Of a DNA stretch of 64,000 nt, positions 23,004 through 35,309 are shown piece after piece. A program made the translations under genes and the position numbers. Numbering within the stretch: position 1 is the first letter of the stretch; every line of letters starts with the position of its first letter. The DNA lies in the NCBI GenBank assembly GCA_905178155.1, contig CAJINV010000007.1, positions 2,399,151 to 2,463,150 of the forward strand, written 5' to 3'. The notes below the pieces were generated by a model. It was not told the origin of the DNA and did not search any database. It saw nothing but the letters and a program-made list of their open reading frames with translations. Origin of the DNA: Amoebophrya sp. A120 (lineage: Eukaryota; Protista; Dinoflagellata).

Positions 23004-26000
23004 TCATCGCTTCGGAGGTTTCATTTTCTTTGCACTTGGTGCACGACAAGAGGTTGACACTGTACTACTTCCGGAACTTGCTACAAGAGCCCCCGCCGAG
23101 GTGGAGCCCGAACCTGTTCCACCATTCTTGTGATGTTGATAGTACGCAATCATCAGATATCGGTCCCGCACACTCCGCCGGGATTGCAACAGATCCAACA
23201 CCAACTCCAGCAGTGCGTCCAAGAGCGCTTCATCACAGTTTTCGAAGTTTCCGCCCGCTTCGATTCGGCTGTGCAGCGAGTTAATCCGGTCTTGCTTGAT
23301 CAGCAACTCCGCTCGCTCTGTGTCCTTCGCCACGTGAATGTAGTCGCGGGTAGATTTGTTATCCAGGAAAAAACACCCATCCCCATTCATTTTTTGCATG
23401 GCAAATAGTGGATTTTATGCATGTTTCGCATGACAAATTGGATGGGGATGGGTGTTTTTTCGTGGATATTTGTAGATGAAATCCAACAACTGCTGCAAGT
23501 GAAGCTGGAGCGACTTTTTGATGCTCTCCTTTTGGTGCAAGAAGTTGGTCTGGTGCTGCAACTGCCGTCTGTACTCAACCGCTAGATAATCTAAGCAACG
23601 GAGCTGCATCCACGGGGAGAGGGGGGACTCCGGTATGTCTTGGAGCAGGCTCAAGACGCTGCTTGCGGTCTCCCCCGAAAGAGCTTTCCAGGGCCCGATC
23701 AGCATGCAGTGCTCCTGTATGTGGAATTTCGTTGTTAGCAGTCTGTTACGAACATCTTGAGACAGCGCGTTTGTCCACACTGTGGTGAGGATCCTCTCCG
23801 CCGCGACGCCAAAGATTTCGTGTTCGTAAGAACTCGTAGTGTCTGCATCGGAGGAGGAAAGGTGGTGGTTTTTTGGTGTGCTTGCTCTCCTTGTTCTCGT
23901 CGTAGCCACAGATTTAATATTACGCTCTCTTGAAGTCGAAGTTGCAACTCCTTTCGGCATGGAGGACCCTCTGGCAACCATTGTGACGACCTGCTCGCCA
24001 TCGTCCTCGCTGAGCATGGGCAATCGGCCGGAAGAGACTGCTTGCACCGAACCGGTTGAGGTTGAGCGGGTGCTTGGTGAATAACCAGACTCATCGACTT
24101 CTTTCCCGGAAGATGTTGCAGAAGTTTTCGCACGAAGATTTGATGCAATTTCTGCTTTGATTTCTCCCAGTCTCTCACTAGTTTCAGCCGCTGTTTTCAA
24201 CCTCGTCGCTATTTTCGACAACAGCCCCTCTTCCACAGACTTCTTGAAGTCTGCAGCCGACGTGGCTGCCAAGCGGAGAGAAGAGGCACGAAGAAGCGAC
24301 GTTGCGGTGATGTGCTTCGCCACTGTGTTCGCCAAGTCATTGTCGCCCATGGTTTGTGTCGAGTCTGCGCTCCAAAAGTCGCCATTTTCGCCGACGCTCT
24401 GCATGAGGTGAGCGACATTAAGGTTGACTTTCTTATTTCTGTTGGGAGAAGTGGAAGAGGATGACGACTTCAAAGGCGAAGATAATTGGCCTTTAATGTT
24501 CATCACATCATCTCCTGTGTCAACGCGTAGCGGGGGGCGGTATAACCTACTCGACGACGATGATGACGGAGTAGCGTCGGCGTCGTTCGAAGAGAACTTC
24601 CCTGCGAACAGCCTCGCAAATTTGCTGCCAATAGAGTTGGAGCTGCCTGGTGCTGTCGTTCCTTGTTCCGGAGCAGCGAGTGCCGTATTATTTGATGCAG
24701 ATGCTGCACTCTGCTCTGCGAGATTTTTCCGGATGTCAAGCTCGGAATTGGGCTCTAAAACTTCCACTTCTGCAATAGCTCTCCCTGCAAAGTAATCCTG
24801 CTCAAAATGCCCCCGAGAAAGCAAGCCGCTCGTAGAAGCCCCTGCGTTTGTGATCGCGACGTCTTCTAACAAAGAGGACTCTTGTTCGTCCCCCTGCCCG
24901 CCGACCAAAATCGCAGCTGCGGGTCGGTCCGCCAGCTTTATCCTCTTCGGCAGCTCCCAGTGAATATTGTCCGTTTGTTCTTCTCCGTCTGCGGTGGTTT
25001 CTTCACTTTGATGGCTCGACGCTCCTTCAGAAGAAATTTCATCACCATGATCTGCCGGCGTGATCGTATCACCTCCACCCGACAACAACTTCAACCGTTC
25101 CGCCCTCGAAGGCCGCGCTAATCTTGTTTCCGACAGACCGAACCTGTTTTGCCGGTTTGCGTACGTCACTTCGGTGCTCCAGACGGTGTTGCGAGTTTTG
25201 TTCAGTGGTGGCGCAGTGGAAGAGGAAGTAGATGATGAACTTGTCCCGTTCGACGTTGGATGAATCATCAGCACATCCTGTGACTCGTAGCTTGTAAAAG
25301 TTTTTCCGTCCCTGGCTGCATCGTCCTCTTCGTTAACTCTCGTCGGGGGTTGCAACAGGACGCTGCCACGCCGGGAGAGCCTGGTGGATTCCTCATCCAC
25401 AGAGAGCAGACTTGTTGTACTGGTCGCGGGCAAGGTTGTTGCCGCGTCGGAGGTGCGGACGGCTGTCTTCTCCGCCGCACTCGCCCGCTTTGCATCGAGT
25501 GCAGCTGTAGTTGAGACTCTACTTGTACCGGTCGTACCCTGAAGATGGTCGCCAGTGGAAGACGAAGACGTGAGTGCAGCTACCCCGTTAGTTCTTTCCT
25601 CCCCATCAACATGTGCAATCGCCACCCCCTCCCCGACCGTTTCGTGCGACATCACCCCAACGTTCTCCGGTCGTAAACTCTCCACGAACGGCCGCACCAT
25701 TTCGTGAGACAAAACCACCGACAGCATCTCCGAAAACTGCGACACATGGGCGGCTAGTTGCTCCTGAATCTTTGCGACAACTATGGTTTGAATCAACGAC
25801 CCAAACAGTTTCGACAGAATGTTGTACAGCCAGGCGAATCGTGTTTCCTCCACATGTAACTTGAGCTCCCCAATCCGCATCTCGTTCTTACTCATCACCA
25901 ACTCTGGGCGCCAGCCACTGTTTTGGTGGGCTTCGTTGTCAGTATCGGAGGTTTGGTCGTATTGGTATCTATTATTGCCGCGGCTCTGATGCGAGGAGGT

Positions 26001-29000
26001 TGTGGAAAAGATGCTGCTGCTGTCATCATCTTCGTCTAGCGCAGCAGCTTCATCGTCTTCGGAAGTGAGCAAATCAGAATTATTTTCGTCAGCGAGTGAC
26101 CTGTTGGAGGAATCTTCAGAATCGAAGTCCTCTACTTCGCCATTACCTTCTCTTCTACGACCCTGTCGTTGTCTCCTACCCCGCCTCCTGCTCCGTCGTG
26201 GTACTGCGACCTGACCTCCCGAACAATCTGCTTTTCCTGCGTCAGCAGTAGTAGTTCTTTGCTCCTCGTTCTCCGCCGTCGTCGTTTTCACCCATCGCAC
26301 TGAGAAGCACAGCTGCAAACTCACGTCCCCCGCAAACGCAAACGCCAGTCCGTGGCCTCTCAGGAACGGGAATTTCTTCTGTTTGTACTTGAACCGCAGG
26401 TCTTGGATCTGGCAGCTCATGTCCCAAAGTTCGAAATTTAGCAACCGCGGATCCCCGGGAGTTGTGTTCAGCTCTAATTTCACACACTCTTTTTTCAATT
26501 TAAACCCCGCTAGGTCCAAGTTCTCCAGTTCATAGACCAAATCCTCCGATTCGCCCCCAAGTTCCGCGATCCGGATGTTCGGGAGAAAGGACATCAAAAG
26601 ATCAACCGCTGCGTCTAGAATTTCGTTGAGGAATTGGTCTCTTTTGTCGCCGTCCATCAACTTATCGATCGTGTCCTCGGCCTTATCGAATACCCTTCCC
26701 ACGTCGAGGTTTTCCAGCTTGGAGAGAATCTGGGTGGACACTGTCGCACTTTGTGTCCCTCCGCCCTCCGCTCCGTCTTGCTGCGGTTGCTGTGGATGCT
26801 GTCCTCCTTCAGGAGCCGAGTGGCCGGAATCGCTCGCGGTGGTGGTGCCGTCGTGGTAGTTTTGGAGCTGCTTGTTCTGTGCGACGTTTTTCGGTGGGCT
26901 GGAGGATAAATTTAAGGCGCTGTTTAGCAACCCTTGAATGGCAGAACCCTGGCTCGCGGCGTTGACTTGCTTCAGAATACCGTCCACCTTCTCCATAGCG
27001 GTCTCGGCTTTCGCGGCCACCCGGTCGTTGGCGAGGATCTTTGAAATTGTGTTCACCGGATCTCGTGTGAAGTCCGAGGCGGAAACATCGAGCGAAGCAA
27101 GGGTTTTGGACTGGAACAGAGAGGAAGAGGCTGCAGCTTCGTCGTCGTCATTCGCACTTCTTTTCCCGCTTTTGCTTTTCGACGCTGAAGAAGATCCGGC
27201 GCCGCGCTTATTTCTCCTACTTTTACTTCCCTTGGTACCTGTAAGATGGTCCGGGCTTCCTCGCGGGGAAGACGAAATCGTAGCTTTCGGAAGGAGTTTC
27301 TGCAATCCTGGGGGCAGTTTGATCCCGGCTTTGGACAGAACGGAACCAAGGTCCAGCTTGTCCAAATAGTCTAAGTTCTGCGCCTTATTCTCCCATTGCT
27401 CAAGGAGTTCTAAGCTGGTCTGCTCCTCGGTGGCGAAAGTTTGCACCCAGTTTTCGCACGTTCTGGCGAGAGTTTCGCGAATGGAAAGCGGTGGCTTGCC
27501 GGAGGAAAGCGCGTCCGAGGTGTGCTCGTCGAGCTGGAAAGGATTTTGATTTTTTTTCTAGTTTCCGCTTCGTCCCGGAGCATGCAAGAACGTAAGATAA
27601 AAGTAATGCTTGTGTACACTGCTCATGCAAGAACGTATAGAAACAAGTAAGGTCAACCTGTTGTGTGAGGCTGTTGCATGATCCAGCATTAAGAGGATAA
27701 AACCAAACGTGGTAAGTTGGAGTTTAAGTACCGTGCTCGCCAGCGAGTCGATTTCATCTCCCTGCTGCTGCAGCACCTGCAAGATTTTCGCCCTCGTATT
27801 CTCCAGCCAGTCTGGATTTCTTCTCAGAAAGCGCTGCTGCACGGAAGCGAGAATGTCCAGGCCCTTGCTCTTCCACACCTCTTCCCTTTCCAGCAAACCC
27901 TTTCCCAGGCTTTCCACTTCCGCACTCAACTTGCTCCCGAGCTCCCCCGCTAAAGCCGCGTTTTGCGACGCCAACGCAGCGGCTTCCGGATCTTGAGGTG
28001 CTACCGATTGTTGATCACCTTGAAGATGTTCTGGTCCCTGCGCAGCTGCCTCTCCTGCGTTATTAAACTGTTGCAAGGTCTGCATCAAGCGGTCCCCACC
28101 GAGTTTAAACCTTCTCCCCACGGCCGTGTCGTCGAAATTTTCAAAAGTTGAGCCAATCGCGTCTTTCACTCTGTGCACTGCGTGGTCCGCCTGCGCCGCC
28201 AGGTTCTGCACGTCTTCATCCTTCTCGAGTTCCTCTCCCATTTTCTGCACCCCGGTGACAAGTTTGGTCGTAATGTCAGAAAATTCGGACTGTAAAACCG
28301 TCCCCACGTGCTCCACTTCGTGTTCGAGCTCGCCTTTGAGTTTTCGCACGTCCTCGCGCAGACGTTGCTTCTCCGCTTCCGTGACTCCGGGGGCGGAAGC
28401 AGGTGCTGCTGGACTCGTCGGCTCTTGTTGGGGGGTGAGGAGAGACGAAGTGCCTGCATCATCTGCATCACGACCTAGACGGTCGCGCGAAGACGACGCG
28501 ACAGGTGAGAGCGGGGCACCGGCATCACCAGCACTAACACTAGAGGAACTTCTTGCAGGTGCGTTTGTGGTCAGTACATCAGGCGGAAACACAGCGCTCT
28601 CACGGGCAACACCTCCGACCGAATTCCGTTTATGCTCCTGCACCACCGCCGCAAGCCAGTCCGGCCTGGCGATATCCAGAGTAAATTCACCGTAACCGTA
28701 CGATGGACGAACTTACAAACGCGGTCTAACTACAGCATGACAAAATTTTGATCTACCTTCTGTCAATCCTAGTACTAGTCAGCATGACGAGTTGCACACT
28801 CCAAGTTCTATTGCGAAATTTGTCATGCCTTTTGGGTTTGCACGTCGTTTACGGGAAAAAGCTTGTATTGCATAGGCAATGCTCGTGTTCAACAGGAAGG
28901 AGCTCTGTCTTCGTGCCTTGACTAGATCTTTATCCACAGTAAATTTCCTGCACACGTACAAATGCAGTCATCTCTGCATGACAAAACTTGCCTTCAGTCC

Positions 29001-31291
29001 TAGTGTAGCATGACAAGTTGGACACTGCAAGTTAGCGAAATTTGTCATGCATTTTGTACATGTACAGGAAATTTACATTGCATAATCTTGCAGCGCGTGC
29101 TCCAAGTCTTCCTGCTCCTCGCAGCAGTCGTCGAACGAGAGGGAGCCGTCCAGTTGCGCAATGTCGGACGCGCGTTCCCACGTGGACACGTCCTCCTCGC
29201 CAGAAAGAGCCTCTTCGAATTCATCGTCACTCAGCGGCGTTTGCTGCACACGGAGCACCATAGCGCGCGGGGCTGCTTCTTGGGTCGCGACAAGATGATC
29301 TTCTCGTCCCGCGGGAGAGGCTGCAGTTGCAGATGTAAGAACATCATCAGCAATAATTCCACAACCCGTAGGGGCTTCTCCTGATGTTCCGGCGACAGCA
29401 CCCGCAGCAGAAGTTGGCGCGGGTGCGGGAGATAAAGAACCACCGGTCATGTTGCCAGATGGAGCTGTGCCGCCGCCCGCTAAAGTCGTGGACATCAACG
29501 TCTCCTCCAATCTCTGCCCAGTTGTTTCCTTCAGATTTGCCACGGTTTTCAGCGAGGCCTGTTTCACGTCCTCCACCAGCGTCGACGGAACCAGCCCGGC
29601 TTTCTCCGCGAACTTTTGAAATTTGTCCAGCAGCGCAAAGATCTTCGCTTGCCGCACACGCCACCTCCGTCGCGCGACTTCGAGAATGGGGAGCCAGCGG
29701 GCGTCAGATTCAACTTCGTCATAGAACCCAACCATGCCGTCATCGAAACAAACTTTCCAGGAGTATTGGGGCGGTAAGGTTATTTGTGCCATGCTAGATG
29801 TTCTTTCTCTTTCTCGCAGATCGTCGAAATTTGTCTGCTGGAGCTGGTGGTCCTGGTGTTCCATAATAGCCGCGTCTACTTGACTATCGGCATCACGACG
29901 TTCTCGAGCAACATCTTCTGATGCTGGGTCTACCACTTCAGCTTCCCCAGGAGCCTCACTTGTTGTTCCGGCACCCGCTGCAACAGTGCCAGCGGAGGCA
30001 AGTAGTAGCTCTCCCGCATTTATTTTCCTCGATGCAGTAGATGTCGCTTGTTGTTTCAACATCAGACCTTGTAGTCCACCAGCACCCCCACTGCTTATCC
30101 TCGCCGGGCTCAGCAGCGGCGCTCGCTTCCTCTCGCAACCCACGACCAAGCCGCTCCCGTGCACCGTTTTGCACTTCAGTCCGACACAGGCCGGCTCTTG
30201 GTGCGCGCAAAGTTCGTCTTTTGACACATACGCTTGAATCTGGAGACTCGGGAAGTCCACCACATGGATTTCGTTCTTCGATTGCCACCCCACGAGACGG
30301 AATTGAAAGGTAACATCTTGATCCGATTGAGGAAGTGTGAAGAAATCGTTTTACGACTTTCATCAAGTGCAGCTGGTTTTGGTTTACTTCCGTTGGAATC
30401 ATGCACTTTTTCATCTACCTTGCAAATCAATGATGAAGCAAAAGCAATCTACTTACTTGTTGATGAAGCATCATAGATCTGATCTTCACCTCTCGATGAG
30501 ACCAAAAGATGAGCGCTTATTTCCCTGATGCATAGCACGCCGACCCCGAAATTGTGCAGCTTTACCCGTACGCAGGCCCCGATCGGAAACTTCGACGCCT
30601 TCAAAACTTGCGACCTTGGCAAGGTGCAAAACACCTGCCGCTGGTTCGCGAACTTTGCCGCGTTGGACTTGTTCAGGAGCGTAACTTCCACTTTTGTCGA
30701 CTGCGCGCGCGTGCTATTCGTCGTGCAGGGGAAGCCCGTCTCCTTGCTGTGGATCAGCTTCACTTTGATCAGCTGGCTTTGGGACGATATCGGGTCCTTT
30801 GCGGAGGAGGAGACGTCGAGCCTGGTTCTTGAGGTACTTTTATTCTGTGACGATGTGGTATCCGTATCTCTGCGAGAATTTCTGCTGCTGCTGCTGCTCG
30901 CGCTGCCAGTACCCACGACCAAAGGAGAGGATGCGGCCTCCGCTGCAACAGGAACGACATCTTCTCGTCTCATCGCGTTGCCACGATCAGAATTTTTGTC
31001 GTAGTCCACCGCATCCGCAATGCACATGCCGATTCCGAAGTATGGTACTTCTACGTAGCGGCCAACAAAGGATGGCGCATCATGAAGACCAGGATCTTCG
31101 CAAGTCACACGCTCGTGCTGATCATATACCAAGGTGGTATTGCCCAACGCCTGCGTTATTACTCCTTCGCTGTCAACTACACCGAGAGTGGCTGCTGCAG
31201 CTCGTACATCCGGTGCAGCATCAATATCCGTCGCGGAAACAACGCCGTCAGATGGAGCAAGAGGACGAGACGACGATGAGGACACCTTCAT
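23004..31291 (-). CDS. Large multi-exon protein with a HAM1/DUF4449-like (TULIP/BPI-type) segment
   Basis: ORFs 30449-31291, 29073-30293, 27558-28646, 23415-27446 and 23004-23399 can be joined through introns (three introners, one GT-AG at about 27534-27731, one unresolved at about 30300-30534). LRFKYKQKKFPFLRGHGLA and LKLHVEETRFAWLYNILSKLF resemble HAM1-like C-terminal domains. Confidence 0.7.
23360..23468. mobile_element. Introner, family B (opposite orientation to 10031-10149)
   Basis: About 29-bp near-perfect TIR TATCCAGGAAAAAACACCCATCCCCAT / ATGGGGATGGGTGTTTTTCGTGGATA; DR TTTGT. Removal gives DFIYK-STRDY. Confidence 0.93.
28673..28874. mobile_element. Introner, family C
   Basis: TATCCAGAG...TATTGCATA ends; imperfect DR GGCGA/GGCAA. 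Removal gives NTSIA-RPDWLAAVVQE in frame. Confidence 0.88.
28931..29084. mobile_element. Introner, family C-related
   Basis: TIR TATCCACAGTAAATTTCCTGCACACGTACAAA / TTTGTACATGTACAGGAAATTTACATTGCATA; DR ATCTT. Removal gives HALQD-LVKAR. Confidence 0.92.
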
Positions 31292-32689
31292 GGCTGCGAG
31301 GCTCTATTTTACAGTTTTTCGTTCGCACTCTTTCGTCATTCACATTCGTCAAAAACCGGCGACAACAAGGAAGACGAGGACACAACTCATTTAATCGTAT
31401 TTTTTCGAACGGGAAATGAAGATCGTCTTCGTCCACATTGGCGGGTATCACAACAAAGAATCTTTGTGTCGTCTTTGTTCCAGCTCGTGGATAAAGACCC
31501 CCAGTGTGATCATTATGCTACAACAATGACGAAAAGCAATCATGGAGATGGAGCTGAGGATCGGGCAACAGTGAGAAAATGGCGATACTGCGAAGGCTAC
31601 GGCTGGCGAATGACCACGGCTAGAGGCACCGTTAACACGACACACTCCGGTCGTTATATCTTTATCTTATTGCGCATCCATCTTTATATTGCGATAACAA
31701 ACACCACGCAGATAAAATCAAGCGGGCAACCAAGTTTGTATCGTGAATTTGTTTCGAGTTCGACGGAGGAGTTCCAAATTCAAAGTGGTTTTGGGGACAG
31801 TTTGTAAAGTTAGCTTGCTCAACATCATCAACGTTTTTTCGTGTTCTTGGGGAAACTAAACTTTTTTCTTTGTGTTCGCAATCGTTGTTGTTTTTTTCCG
31901 GCGGAAAGGTCGTTCTTCCTCTTCGCAATATCATTCGGGTTGAAAAAATATCAGGAAGTCGCTAACATCCGCTTCAAATCTGAGGGGACAGAATGAGAAA
32001 GTGATGTTGTAATAGTTTTATCGCGTCGTATGATAAGGAGCTAGGAAGGTTGGTGTTGTTGTTTCGTGGTCGATTGGATATGAATTCGTTTTTGTTTCCT
32101 CCATAATATGAGTATGACCTGACGCTGGTCCAGTGTTCTATCTATCGCTAGATTTTCTCGTAGTTGTAGTTCCCGAGTGAAAAAATCTTTTCGTAAATTT
32201 GTACATTTTTGTCGTAAGAGAAAATCCTCCATCAAGTAGCCGAGCATTTTCAACAAAAAGGACGACATTTTTTTGCCTTGGTCACGAAGCCATAACCTCG
32301 ACCAATCTGCCATCTTCATCATCTGTGCAGCCGTAGTAAAATGAAACTGAATAAATCGTGATGGTGTAGTTGTAGAAAACTGGAAAACACATTGAGTAAA
32401 TACTATGACATCAATTAGTTACGGACGACAGCAATATCAATAGCCTCAATTTCGATATTTTTCAATTTTATTTTTCCAAAAAGACATTTACAAAAATTGA
32501 CATGATCAATTCAAGCACCTTTTTGATGTATCGAGGAACAAGTGTGGTCCTATCATCATCATCAAAGGTACAACAGCAAAACGTCGCTCCAAATCTCGTC
32601 GAAACACAAACATCAAACTCCTACCAAGAACTTGTAAAATTCGATAGAATTATTTGTCGAGTGAAGATCCGCCGGTTGAGAAAAACACC

Positions 32690-35309
32690 TCACTGCGGAG
32701 GAGCTCCACCCATGATCGCCGGAGCTCCTGGGACGCCCGCCGGAATCTGCGGAGTGTTTGGTCCGCTGCCAGGTGCGGGTGGGGGGAACAGCTGAGCGGT
32801 ACTATCCACCCGCGGACTACCTTGCGGGGCCGCTCCTGGCGGTGCGGCTCCGTAGTCCATCAGTTCCTGTAATGGCATCATGTTGCTGACCGGCGGTAGT
32901 TGTCCACTTCCCTTTCCAAGCATCGTCCCCGGCGGCGGTCCGCCACCCTTCATATGCACAATGGTTCCCGGCGGCGGCATGCCCGGCTTGCCGCCCATCA
33001 TATGTGGTGGTCCACCTGCAGCGCCCGGCGGAGCAAATCCGAATGGCGGCGCAGCACCACCTGGTCCTCCCGGTGGTGGGGGGAAGCCCTTCATCATCAG
33101 ATGCGGCGGTGGTGGTCCACCTCCGCCCTTCATCATCATATGCGGCGGCGGGGGCACCATTCCCGGTGGCGGCGGGGGACCTCCTCCCATCATGAAGCCC
33201 GGGGGCGGGGGTGCGCCTGGTTTTCCGCCAACTCCCGGCGGCGGAACACCACCCCCCTTCATCATCATCATCATTCCCGGATTCATATGCGGGGGTGGCA
33301 GAGCACCGGGAGGAAGCGGACCGCCTTTCATCCCCGGCATCATCGGATGATGAAACATGCCCGGCGGCGGTGGTCCACCAAATGGTGCGCCCGGCGGGGG
33401 CACTCCACCTGGGTGGAACTGACCGCTCATCGGCGTGGGCGTTCCGTCACCTCCGACCGTTGAGGGAGTCAATTCTCCGGGCTTCGGGGGGTTAAACGCG
33501 TCAAAGGGGCCGCGCATCACGTTCTTCGGGGTGGGGGTCTCGTCCTCGTTATCGTGCTCGCCGTTGGCATTATCGCCGAGCATCAGACGCTTGGGGTTCA
33601 TGTCGTCGCCGTTCTCGTGGTCCTTGTGCCGCTTTTTCTTTTTCTTGCCATGCTCATCCACCTCTTCCATAACCGCGCTCCCGTTGGGAAAGAACGAGGC
33701 TGTTGTGTTTTGATAGAATTCAAAATATTTCCTCGGCGCACGGTGGGTTTCATGCTTTCATTATGCAGATGCAGGCGATGGCTTCATGCAGAAGATAGTA
33801 CAACTGGTTCTGGTACATCTCTGGTAGTCATTGTCATATATTATCAAACAATTATTTAATGTTCCACTTCACGAAGAAACAGCATGTTGATCTCAACACA
33901 ATCGAATTGAATACGGTTTCTGTTCATCTCCGTGGCGTTCCTCGTTTCCGGGTCTTCGGGACTGCCGCTGCCGTTCGCCGGCGTCCCCGCTTTCTCCTGC
34001 TCCCGCCGCTCTTCGTACATGGCCCACCACTTCTTGTGGAACGCCTCCCTGGCGTCCGAATCGTTGTCCCAGTCGACTTTGTCCAGAAACTTGTAGGTAA
34101 TGGGCCGTCCGGCCTCCTCCCGGGCCTTCTTGTAGTCCGGATGGTCCGCATACATCTGCATCACGCACTGCCGCTTCAAAGCCTTGGGAACGTGCCGGAC
34201 GTGCAGGAAGTTGCAATTCCTGGATTTGATATGTTCAACATCAAGTGCTCATATTCTAAATATATCACATCAAAGCATCCAGACCAAACTTTCAAGCCCG
34301 GTAATACGACTTACGCACTATCATGGTGTGGTGCTGATGAGGTTTGCATTGATTTCGATTTGCTTCGATTCACGAGAAACACTTGAACAAGAAAATGATA
34401 TTGCTTATCATGAAACAAGCAAGAGATGAGCAATATACTGTCCTCGGGGGCAGTTCGCCTCGTTGAAAGCACGGCACCTGGCCTCCCGGAAGTCGATACA
34501 GGGCGAGTACTCCGCTTTGATTTGCCGCCCGGAGTAAAACTTGCCGTTGACCGCCTCCAGTGCCTTGGTCGCCGCGTCTTCCGTGTAGTATTTGACGTAG
34601 CAGTTGCCGGACATGTGCTCCGAGATGTTGTCGACGAGGAGTAAATCCTCGATCTCGCCGAATTTCGCCATGTGGAAAAACGTTTCCTCGTAAAACTCTT
34701 CCACCTGGTCGACTGCGGTGCAGTACACCTCCTCGCTCCACTCACCCAGGTCCGTACTCACGGCAAGGGTCTCCGGGGTCTCGCCGAAGCTGGAAAGAAA
34801 TTTTCATATTTTCATCTATGCAGGAGCGTATGTTCACCTTGACAAATATCTTCAAAGCAAAACTACATAAACAGCATGACAGGCATCAAGCTGGTTCGAC
34901 AACAGGATGATTCTTTATGTTTATGGCACAGAGCTACAACTTTCTACATCAACAAAATTGAAGAAAAACTCTACTCAACAGCGAACAAGTAGCTAGAACA
35001 CATCATAGGACGTAAGTACACGTGCGCCAGCAACAGGCTGCGGGTTCGCTCTGGCTTGATGTGCTTTCGGGAGCAGGTGGTTCCGTGCCGGCAGGCGCCG
35101 ATCTTCGCGTAGAAGGGGCAAATGTCGCTCTTGGCCCCGCCAAACATGTCCGCTGCGGCCTCCGCACCGGTCACATTGCGAACCCGCTTTGGCGGTTTGC
35201 CCTGCTTCCCCTTCCCCTTCATGTTGGGGGGCGGACCGCCATGGAAGGAGCCGCTGCCATGATCCCGCGGGGTGATCGGCATGGACTCCTGACGCATCAC
35301 TTCCGTCAT
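32690..35309 (-). CDS. U2AF1: U2AF35/U2AF1-like splicing factor, divergent paralog 3 with long Pro/Gly/Met-rich tail; 4 exons
   Basis: ZnF1 [48 protein letters not shown] and ZnF2 [25 protein letters not shown]. In-frame GT-AG introns at 34790-35019, 34220-34438 and 33700-33914. Confidence 0.9.

Noticed and set aside
32880-33713. Plus-strand Gly/His/Arg-rich ORFs and other plus-strand ORFs across the window
   Set aside because: They are antisense shadows of GC-rich minus-strand coding regions.
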